A stretch of 55,326 bases of DNA from an uncultured Anaerolineaceae bacterium. GTDB lineage: Bacteria > Chloroflexota > Anaerolineae > Anaerolineales > E44-bin32. The position numbers and the translations under genes are program-made. The notes beneath the pieces were generated by a model that worked only from the letters and a program-made list of their open reading frames with translations, did not search any database and had not been told where the DNA came from. The stretch spans positions 5,284 to 60,609 of the forward strand of contig CAZEMA010000004.1 of NCBI GenBank assembly GCA_964513155.1. Reading direction: 5' to 3'. Positions within the stretch are counted from its first letter, which is position 1. Every line of letters begins with the position of its first letter. Below, piece by piece: positions 44,407-51,441 of the stretch.

Positions 44407-45013
44407 CTCCTTTCAAGAGTCGCTTCTGCGTTCTGGCAGCCCTCGATGTGCCCCTGGATTCTCTTTTGGAGGCCCACGCCGCTGCGCACTTCCCACGCCT
44501 GTTCATCCCCTTCACCGAAAGACCCGCCTCGATGACGACAACCGGCTTCTTGGACTGGTTCTAGCCTATCGCCCTGGCGTGTCTCCTTGGGGCCGGGATC
44601 GGGCGCCCCATCCTGCTCTGCGGCCGCGGCACCCGCCGCCTGTCGTCGTTCGAAAGCGGCCGCCGCGGCAGTTGCTGGGGGATCTGCTCCCCATCCCCGT
44701 GCTTTCCGTGAGGGCTCCACGCGTGGCCGCTGCGAGGCCATGTCCTCCCGGTATGCCTAGGCGTCGTGCTCTACAACACCATGGGGCCAAGCTGACAGGT
44801 GTGGTGGCCATGCTGGCCCGGTTGCCCGTCTATGCCCTCGGCGTATGAGCATTTGCCGACTCCTGGCGAATCGACCTCGATCGGGAAAGCCCGGGCCTGC
44901 TCGTGCGCCGCGGGATCGTTGCCTGCGACCGCAATGTGGGCTTCGTTGGTCTGGATCTAGGGGGTTTCGGCTCCCTCCTGGCATCGGGCCGGGCGTCGTT
45001 CAGACCCGAATCC

Positions 45014-45042
45014 TTGCTTCCACCTCCCGAATGCTGTACAAT
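45014..45042 (+). promoter_or_regulatory. Sigma-70-type promoter upstream of spoVS
   Basis: TTGCTT (45014-45019), a 17-nt spacer, then TACAAT (45037-45042). It lies about 60 nt upstream of the spoVS start. Confidence 0.55.
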
Positions 45043-45101
45043 AACTATCTAAGGCGCACACGATCGGGCATTTGCTGCAAGTCAACAGGGGAGACAGCCC
45101 G

Positions 45102-45362
45102 ATGGACATCATCAAGGTCTCTGCCGAGTCGCGTACCTCGGCCGTCGCGGGCGCCATCGCTGGCGTGATTCGCGAGCGAGGTCGGGCCGAAGTTCAGGCA
45201 ATCGGTGCCGGCGCAGTCAATCAGGCGATCAAGGCCACCGCAATCGCCAGGGGGTATCTCCACGAGGAGGGCATCGAGATCGTCTGCCTGCCAGAGTTCG
45301 TCACCGTGGACATCGAGGGCAAGGAAAGGACAGCCATCAAGCTCACTGTCGAGCCGCGCTAG
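45102..45362 (+). CDS. spoVS: SpoVS-family protein
   Basis: MDIIKVSAESRTSAVAGAIAGVIRERGRAEVQAIGAGAVNQAIKA.AIARGYL is near-canonical SpoVS. It is 86 aa and has an AGGGGAG SD. Confidence 0.85.
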   Translation: MDIIKVSAESRTSAVAGAIAGVIRERGRAEVQAIGAGAVNQAIKATAIARGYLHEEGIEIVCLPEFVTVDIEGKERTAIKLTVEPR

Positions 45363-45729
45363 CGGCCGTCGGTCCGCCGACCTCCGCTGACCGTCTTGCT
45401 CCAACGCCAGCCATCCCATTCCTACAGGCGCGTCGCGATGCCCCCTCGGGAGTGAAACGCGTTTGTGTCGGCCGCCCAGGGCTGGAGACCCCGCGCTCAG
45501 GGCATCCTGAGGAGGTTAGCCCCTCTTCCACCAGATTCCATTCTCGATCCTAGGGGAATGCCGGGAGCCTTACCGTCGCCTCCGGTTGGCCTTGGCCAAA
45601 GCCGGGCGGCTCATGATCCACCCACCCTCGCTGCCTTGACTTTTCCCCGGCCGCCCCCCAGTCCTTGCCGGGCTCCGTGAGCCACCGGGCGACCCGGCGA
45701 GACCCCACCTGGTCCTGTTCCGGATGCGA

Positions 45730-45769
45730 CCCAACCACCACATAGACGGATTCTTTCCGGGAAGCAGGG
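45730..45769. repeat. Solo copy of the 40-nt element found in the 13971-14045 palindrome
   Basis: cccaaccaccacatagacggattctttccgggaagcaggg matches 14003-14042 at 36 of 40 positions. It lies 17 nt beyond the holB stop. Confidence 0.85.
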
Positions 45770-45785
45770 CCTTTTCAACACACTC

Positions 45786-46811
45786 CTACTGCCCGCCGGG
45801 CACCCGCGGCATGTCAAGCATGAGCGTTTCCATCGCCAGCGTCAGATTGGCATTGCGCCGGATGGACTCGATTGTCCGCTCTGTCGCCCGAACGGCCGCC
45901 ACGACCTCGAAAGGAGGCACAGACACCTTCAGGCGCTTGAGATCCCTCCCCCGATCCGGGTTTGCCAAGGGCGCTTGCACGCCATAGGCTGCCAGCATTG
46001 CGTCCCGCCACAGGCTGAGCCAGGTCTCCAGGACCTCTACCGCCTTCCGCCTCTTCGCCTCAAGATCGACTTCTCGGCTCCTTCTGCCCACCAAGCGGTC
46101 AACATAGTCGAATTGCTCGGGCCGGCCCGCACCGAGGAGTCGCTGCAGCTCGTCCAGGACCTGCACCCTCAGCTCCAGAAGTTGTGGTTCCCCTCTCAGT
46201 TGCAGGGCCCGCCCCGGCCTTCCCGCGGCCAGCGCCGCCAGGAGGGCAGACCGGTCCGGTGTCTCTCCCGTGGCGGCCAGGGCCGCCGCGATCTCCCCAG
46301 CGGGCAGGCCCCGGAGTGCCACTACCTCACATCGAGACACGATGGTGGGCAGCAGACTCTCCGGCTCGCGCGCCGTCACCAGAAGCACGACCCGCGAGGA
46401 GGGTTCCTCCAGCGTCTTGAGCAAGGCGTTCTGGGCAGGAAGACTGGCATCGTGGAAGTCGGCCAGGAGCGCCACCCGGCAGCGCCCGGCATAGGGCGCC
46501 AGGGCCAACTGGTGCTGCAACTCGCGTATCTGGTCAATCGGAATCTGGCTCTCCCCCAGCCGCCTGGATACCACATGCAGGTCCGGGTAGCTTTGGGCGT
46601 CGATCTGTCCGCAGGCGCGGCAAGTCCTGCAGGCCTCCCCAGGCAAGGGCGGTGACTCGCAGGCGAGCACCCGCGCGAAACGCAACGCCAGGGTCCGTTT
46701 CCCAACGCCGTTCGGCCCCGTGAAAAGGTAGGCGTGGCGAACCCGGCCGTCGGCGAGATGCTTCTGCAGAAGCTCCACCGCCCACGCGTGCCCGATCATT
46801 TCCCAAGCCAT
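45786..46811 (-). CDS. holB: DNA polymerase III delta-prime subunit
   Basis: MAWEMIGHAWAVELLQKHL..GRVRHAYLFTGPNGVGKRTLALRFA, a Cys-rich zinc module (CRTCRACGQ) and an SRC-like motif (TIVSRC) are present. Confidence 0.85.
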   Translation of the reverse strand: MAWEMIGHAWAVELLQKHLADGRVRHAYLFTGPNGVGKRTLALRFARVLACESPPLPGEACRTCRACGQIDAQSYPDLHVVSRRLGESQIPIDQIRELQHQLALAPYAGRCRVALLADFHDASLPAQNALLKTLEEPSSRVVLLVTAREPESLLPTIVSRCEVVALRGLPAGEIAAALAATGETPDRSALLAALAAGRPGRALQLRGEPQLLELRVQVLDELQRLLGAGRPEQFDYVDRLVGRRSREVDLEAKRRKAVEVLETWLSLWRDAMLAAYGVQAPLANPDRGRDLKRLKVSVPPFEVVAAVRATERTIESIRRNANLTLAMETLMLDMPRVPGGQ

Positions 46812-46906
46812 GGCCCGATTGTAGCCGATCTCGGGGCCTCCGCCGAGAGCAGGTGCTCCATGCTCCCCTCTCGGGTATAATCCCCCCAGCACCCTAGGAA
46901 AGCGCG

Positions 46907-47425
46907 ATGCCCAGCCTTCTCGGTCAAGTCATGAGCGTACCCTGGCTCTCCCGACTGCGGCGAAACCATGCCCTCGAGCATGCCACCGTTCGCTTGATCA
47001 GCGCCCGCTACCCACGGAAGTTCGTGGCTGGCCACTCGGATCCCATGGGGTTCACCCTGCACGCAGATCTCCCTACCGAGGTTGTCCAACAGGCCGCTCA
47101 GGAGGCGCTGGCCAGGCTGGCGGAAGGAGAACGGCACCTAGCCATCCACCCGAACTGTGGCACCAACTTCATCGCCTCCGGCACACTGGCAGGGCTGGCG
47201 GCCTTTCTCAGCCTGAGTGGGACACGTAGCCCGCGCCGGCGCGACCTCCTCGCCCGGCTGCCTTTCACCATCCTGGCCACTACGCTGGCCGTCATCCTGG
47301 CCCAACCGGTCGGCCTCCAGCTTCAACAGCATGTGACCACCCAGGCCGATCCGGCGGGTCTGGCCATCCGGAGCGTCCGGCGGCTACCTCGCGGCCGCGC
47401 CCACCGCATCCTTACCTCCGGCTGA
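46907..47425 (+). CDS. Conserved-looking hypothetical protein with HxxEH and HPNCGT motifs and two C-terminal hydrophobic segments
   Basis: RNHALEHATV, AIHPNCGTNF, then IASGTLAGLAAFLSL and LPFTILATTLAVILAQPVGL. Its stop lies 1 nt before the holA start. An alternative start is at 46931. Confidence 0.5.
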   Translation: MPSLLGQVMSVPWLSRLRRNHALEHATVRLISARYPRKFVAGHSDPMGFTLHADLPTEVVQQAAQEALARLAEGERHLAIHPNCGTNFIASGTLAGLAAFLSLSGTRSPRRRDLLARLPFTILATTLAVILAQPVGLQLQQHVTTQADPAGLAIRSVRRLPRGRAHRILTSG

Positions 47426-47426
47426 C

Positions 47427-48401
47427 ATGGATCGCCCCCCTCCTAGCGTCTACCTGCTGCATGGCGATGACGATCTGGCCATCGCCGAGTTCATCGCCCG
47501 CTTGAAGGCTAAGCTTGGCGATCCCGCGACTGCCGAGCTCAATATCCAGACGTTCAGCGCCGACACCCTCCAGATGAGCGCCCTGGAGGAAGCCTGTACC
47601 GCGGCTCCCTTCCTCTCTCGGCGGCGCCTGATCATCGTCACGCACGCCTCAGCCTTCGGCCCCGCCGGCAGTCACCGGCAAGAGGCTCTTCTGGACCTGC
47701 TGGGTCGATTGCCGCCGACGACTGCCCTGGTACTGGTCGAGGCTTCCAATCTCGAATCGAACTCACCCCTGCCCCGTTGGGCCGAAGCCCACCAACAGGC
47801 TGTCTTCATCCGGGAATTCGCCATCCCCCGGGGTCCGGCCTTTGTCGGATGGATCCGCGACCGGTGCAAGAGCCTCGGCGGCGAGGTTGATCCCGAAGCC
47901 GCTCGGCTCCTGGCCGACTCGATCGGAGAGGATCCACGCTTGGCTCACCATGAACTCACCAAGCTCCTGGACTACGTTGACCGGAGCCGACCCATTCGGC
48001 GCGAGGACGTCGAAGCTCTCACTCCCGTCAAGGGCCAGAGCGATGTGTTCGCCATGGCGGATGCCCTGGGCACCGGCGATGGCCGCCAGGCGCTGGCCCA
48101 CCTGCAGCGCCTCCTGGCGGACGAATCCCCCCGTGCCATCTTCCCCATGATTGTCCGGCACTTCCGCCTGCTGCTGCTCGCCCGGGAGGCGCTGGACTCC
48201 GGCCAGGATCCAAAACAAGCCCTGAGCCAGCACCGATGCCCCGTCCCTCGAATCACCACGCAGGCGCGCCGCTTCTCAGCCGCCCAACTGCACGCCATCT
48301 ACCATCGGCTCCTGGAGACCGACGTGGCGATGAAGACCAGCCAGATCGAGGACGCCATCGCCCTCCAGACACTCGTCGCCAGCCTAGCCACGCAGGCGTA
48401 G
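47427..48401 (+). CDS. holA: DNA polymerase III delta subunit
   Basis: VYLLHGDDDLAIAEFIARLK is the N-terminus. The length (324 aa) and the helical C-terminal domain pattern are typical of HolA. Confidence 0.8.
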   Translation: MDRPPPSVYLLHGDDDLAIAEFIARLKAKLGDPATAELNIQTFSADTLQMSALEEACTAAPFLSRRRLIIVTHASAFGPAGSHRQEALLDLLGRLPPTTALVLVEASNLESNSPLPRWAEAHQQAVFIREFAIPRGPAFVGWIRDRCKSLGGEVDPEAARLLADSIGEDPRLAHHELTKLLDYVDRSRPIRREDVEALTPVKGQSDVFAMADALGTGDGRQALAHLQRLLADESPRAIFPMIVRHFRLLLLAREALDSGQDPKQALSQHRCPVPRITTQARRFSAAQLHAIYHRLLETDVAMKTSQIEDAIALQTLVASLATQA

Positions 48402-48516
48402 GCACCACTGCTCCGGGAAACGAAGGCCGTGCAGCACACCCCTTATCGGGGATAGCCGCACGGCACGTCGTCCGCCCCTGGCCCGGAAGCCAGGAGATGA
48501 CCCTCCTGCCACGGCT

Positions 48517-48538
48517 GAGCTCTCAGGGATGAGAGCTC
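48517..48538. terminator. 9-bp hairpin at the convergent junction (overlaps the stop of the 48523-48792 ORF)
   Basis: gagctctca-ggga-tgagagctc. Confidence 0.3.
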
Positions 48539-48792
48539 ACCGGGCTGGCAACCCCGCTACGCCGGCCGTCGCCGACCCCCAGCCAGAAGTGATCCGGGAG
48601 CACTGAGTGGCTGGTCTTCACGTCCAACGGGCCAAGCTTGCCGGGAGAGTTGTCACCCGCCGTGGCCGGGTTCACAAAGCACAACGTCGGGACCCTCCCA
48701 TACTTGCGGTGATAGTAGTCTGCGGCACGCTGGATCTTGGTGGGCACATCCAGCCCCGGATCCGCATCGAACCACAACATGCCTACATCCAT
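48523..48792 (-). CDS. Hypothetical 89-aa protein (third gene of the FtsK-like operon)
   Basis: The ATG at 48792 is preceded by GGGAGG and sits 1 nt after the upstream stop (TGAGATG). MDVGMLWFDADPGLDVPTKIQRAADYYHRKYGRVPTLCFVNP has a globular, non-repetitive composition. The longer 49041 start looks non-coding. Confidence 0.5.
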   Translation of the reverse strand: MDVGMLWFDADPGLDVPTKIQRAADYYHRKYGRVPTLCFVNPATAGDNSPGKLGPLDVKTSHSVLPDHFWLGVGDGRRSGVASPVSSHP

Positions 48793-48793
48793 C

Positions 48794-49054
48794 TCAGCCT
48801 CCCGTCGCCGGCAGCACTTGCTCGATACGCCAAGACCCATCGCGGGGATCCAAAGACAACTGGCATCGCATCCCGGTCGCCGTCCGCAGACGGAGAGTCC
48901 GCTTGCGTGCCCCTTGCCCGCGGCCACCCCAGTCACGGCAGACCTCGACGGCGCGGACTTCATGCCTCCGCCCCCGCCATATAAAGTCTTTGGGCAGTCC
49001 GGCTGGCGTGCCCCTCCCCACTCGGATCCTCTCCCCCGCACCCACGATCCTCAT
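48794..49054 (-). CDS. Hypothetical 86-aa protein (second gene of the FtsK-like operon)
   Basis: The ATG at 49054 follows a GGGGAGG SD. The beta-rich pattern PKDFIWRGRRHEVRAVEVCRDW...RLRTATGMRCQLSLDPRDGSWRIEQV is present. The family is not assignable from memory. Confidence 0.45.
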   Translation of the reverse strand: MRIVGAGERIRVGRGTPAGLPKDFIWRGRRHEVRAVEVCRDWGGRGQGARKRTLRLRTATGMRCQLSLDPRDGSWRIEQVLPATGG

Positions 49055-49175
49055 CCCGACCTCCCCTCACCAACGGATCTGCCCCGCCCAAGGCTGACTC
49101 GCGCCGCCCACGCGAAGGCTTCCCTCACCACCCGGCCGACGCCGGTCGTCAACACATCGTACGTCCCCAGAGCCC

Positions 49176-50198
49176 TCAGGACCAGCAGGACCTCCCTTCC
49201 TGTCGTCGCGAATGCACTGTGGAAGCGAGCCGCACGCCCGCGTCCATGTCCCGCGCGCTTAGCCAAGCTGTCTTCGCGCGAACGGTTCTGCTTCCCGAGT
49301 GGAAGTCGAACCGTCCGACGGCCGGAGCACCTCCGTTCGCCTCCCCTGTTGTGGCCACCGCCTGGATCGTGCTGGCTTTGCCCAGACGAAGCCCCAGCGA
49401 GTCCATCAACCCTAATCCCGCGGCCGCGAGAACATGGACCCCACAAACCGGCCCTTGCCTCCAGATCTGCTCGAGGTCATGCCCGCCGGGTTCGCAGTCC
49501 GCATGGGCTAGCCACGACAGGTCGTCCAGGACGAGAACGAGCTCCGGCCTGCGAATCCCTGCCGTCGTACGCCGCGCCACTTCTTCCACCAGCCACGACA
49601 GCAGTTCCAGCGCGTACCCCTCCTCCGTCGCCAGCTCAGCCACCGCGTGCGGCAATGCCTCCATCACGGCAAGTTCCCGGCCACCGATGTCGATCCCGAG
49701 AACTTGGAGCTGGGAGGCCCGGCTGGTTAGTGCCAGACTGAACATCGCAGCCCTGAGCAACTCCGACTTGCCGCAGCCATGGTCCCCAGTCGCGAGCAGG
49801 CTCCAGGTCTCCCGCCCCTGGAGGGGGAAGAGCAAGGGTTGCCCCTCTGGGGTCAACCCCAGCAGGACCGTCAACGGCGGAAAGGGCCCCAAAGCTTCGA
49901 GCAGGGGCAACAGGCGCACGTGGGGCTGACCCGGGAGTGGGACATCCACTGCCAGGTCTCCCTCTCCGGGCGCAAGCCGCACCTCTGGGACACCGAGCGC
50001 CCGCGCCACCTCGCCTGCCACCGCGCCTAGCTGGCTGAGCGCGGTCCCAGGCATCGGCGTCAGCCTGTATCGCACCCAACCTCTCCTGACTTCGCCTCCA
50101 CCCACATGTACTGGCACGGCTAGGCCCAGGAATGCTCGCTCGATCTGGTCCGCCTGCGCATCCAGGGTCTCTGTCTCCCACGGAAAGGTATCCACCAC
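49176..50198 (-). CDS. Soluble minimal FtsK/SpoIIIE-like P-loop ATPase (alpha+beta motor domains only)
   Basis: It has Walker A (LLATGDHGCGKSELL) and Walker B (LVLVLDDLSWL). It is colinear with the FtsK motor (LQVLGIDIGGRELAVMEALPH, CGVHVLAAA, GRFDFHSG..VRAKTAWLS). It has no TM segments and no gamma domain. The start is a GTG at 50198 or 50195, after GGAGGG. Confidence 0.65.
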   Translation of the reverse strand: MVDTFPWETETLDAQADQIERAFLGLAVPVHVGGGEVRRGWVRYRLTPMPGTALSQLGAVAGEVARALGVPEVRLAPGEGDLAVDVPLPGQPHVRLLPLLEALGPFPPLTVLLGLTPEGQPLLFPLQGRETWSLLATGDHGCGKSELLRAAMFSLALTSRASQLQVLGIDIGGRELAVMEALPHAVAELATEEGYALELLSWLVEEVARRTTAGIRRPELVLVLDDLSWLAHADCEPGGHDLEQIWRQGPVCGVHVLAAAGLGLMDSLGLRLGKASTIQAVATTGEANGGAPAVGRFDFHSGSRTVRAKTAWLSARDMDAGVRLASTVHSRRQEGRSCWS

Positions 50199-50217
50199 AT
50201 CCCTCCATTGGCCACGG

Positions 50218-50233
50218 TAGAACGCATGTTCTA
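50218..50233. promoter_or_regulatory. Cheo-type LexA (SOS) box, perfect arms
   Basis: TAGAAC-GCAT-GTTCTA is GAAC-N4-GTTC with symmetric extension. It lies immediately downstream of the -10 of the minus-strand promoter. Confidence 0.6.
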
Positions 50234-50239
50234 TCCACT

Positions 50240-50268
50240 ATGATACAGAACATTTGTGCGGTTGTCAA
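50240..50268 (-). promoter_or_regulatory. Near-consensus sigma-70 promoter of the FtsK-like operon
   Basis: The minus strand reads TTGACA (50268-50263), a 17-nt spacer, then TATCAT (50245-50240). It lies about 40 nt upstream of the start codon. Confidence 0.6.
50248..50259. promoter_or_regulatory. Second, imperfect LexA-like box inside the promoter spacer
   Basis: GAAC-ATTT-GTGC has one arm mismatch. It lies between the -35 and the -10. Confidence 0.4.
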
Positions 50269-50492
50269 GCCACACCGGATGAGAGTGTTGAAAAAGCCCC
50301 CCGGTGGGAGATCCTGACGTAGGAGTGAGAAGAACGCGTCCTTCCGTACGTCTGGGCGTCCCTCAGGCCACCGCAGGCGTGATTCGTGGTGATGATATTC
50401 ATCCTCTCCCCTCTCACCCTTCCCCGGAGCGCCACCCTGAGGCTAGGCCGCTTCCAGAGAGGCTTCTCGGTAACTCGACCCCGAGCCGGGTG

Positions 50493-50501
50493 TGCTACAA
50501 T
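50493..50501 (+). promoter_or_regulatory. Extended -10 element (TGcTACAAT) upstream of the MEMO1-like gene
   Basis: TG at 50493-50494 and TACAAT at 50496-50501. The -35 is weak. The start codon is 24 nt downstream. Confidence 0.35.
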
Positions 50502-50524
50502 CTGATTGCGAGGGAGATGAAGAG

Positions 50525-51376
50525 ATGAGACCCGATGTCCGGCCCTCCCCCATCGCTGGGACCTGGTATCCTGGCGACGCAGACACGCTCACCCGCTCCG
50601 TCGACGAACAACTCCGCCAGGCCGAGATCGTATCGCCCGCAGGCGAGATGCTTGGCGTCATCGCGCCGCATGCCGGTCACATCTACTCCGGCCTGGTCGC
50701 CGCCTACGCCTTCCAGACGCTCCGGAACCTCCGGCCGGAGGTCGTAGCCGTTGTTTCCCCTCTGCATCAACCCTACCCCGGCCAGGTCCTCACCTCTGGC
50801 CACGAGGCCTACGCCACGCCCCTAGGCAAAGTGCCAGTCGACCGTGACCTGGTCGGCCGTCTGGAGGGCCAACTCGCCAGTGCAGCCGGCATCCACCTCA
50901 GGCGCGTCACGAACGACCAGGAACACTCCCTCGAGATCCAGTTGCCTTTCCTGCAGAGAGCCCTGGCGGCTCCCTTCCGGCTACTGCCCCTCATGCTCCG
51001 CGACCAATCTCACGAGGCTGTCGAGGCCGTCGGCCACGCCCTGAGCTCTGTCCTGACCGGCACGAGCGCCATTCTCGTGGGCAGCTCCGATCTCTCGCAC
51101 TTCTACCCCGACCCCGTCGCCCGTCGCCTGGACGCCGAGGTCCTGGCGCGCATCGAGGCATTCGACCCAGACGGCGTCCTGGAGACGGAGGAGAAGGGCG
51201 TTGGCTTCGCCTGCGGCCGTGGCGCGGTGGCGGCCGTGCTTTGGGCCGCCAGGGACCTGGGCGCGGACAGCGTGCAGATCCTCCGCCACGCGACCTCGGC
51301 TGATGTCACGGGGGACTACGCTTCGGTGGTCGGCTATGGGGCTGCGGCTATCTACCGCGCCCGGCCGGGTGACTAG
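50525..51376 (+). CDS. AmmeMemoRadiSam system protein B (MEMO1 family)
   Basis: MRPDVRPSPIAGTWYPGD.....V........GVIAPHAGHIYSG..AA.AF and EHSLEIQLPFLQ are MEMO1-family signatures. Confidence 0.8.
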   Translation: MRPDVRPSPIAGTWYPGDADTLTRSVDEQLRQAEIVSPAGEMLGVIAPHAGHIYSGLVAAYAFQTLRNLRPEVVAVVSPLHQPYPGQVLTSGHEAYATPLGKVPVDRDLVGRLEGQLASAAGIHLRRVTNDQEHSLEIQLPFLQRALAAPFRLLPLMLRDQSHEAVEAVGHALSSVLTGTSAILVGSSDLSHFYPDPVARRLDAEVLARIEAFDPDGVLETEEKGVGFACGRGAVAAVLWAARDLGADSVQILRHATSADVTGDYASVVGYGAAAIYRARPGD

Positions 51377-51441
51377 CCAGCGAATGCTTCCATCTATCGT
51401 CATCCGCCTCCTCACGCAGTCATTACCTGCCCTCTACGACC

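Noticed and set aside
44262-44848. ORFs of 159-179 aa on both strands in the gap between the dNK genes and spoVS.
   Set aside because: They overlap each other and are Pro/Arg/Gly-rich. They have no start context or motifs, so they are likely shadow frames in GC-rich non-coding or decayed DNA.
49268-49282. The GAAC-G-GTTC-like sequence cgaacggttctg inside the FtsK-like gene as another LexA site.
   Set aside because: The spacer is 1 nt instead of 4, and the site lies within coding sequence.
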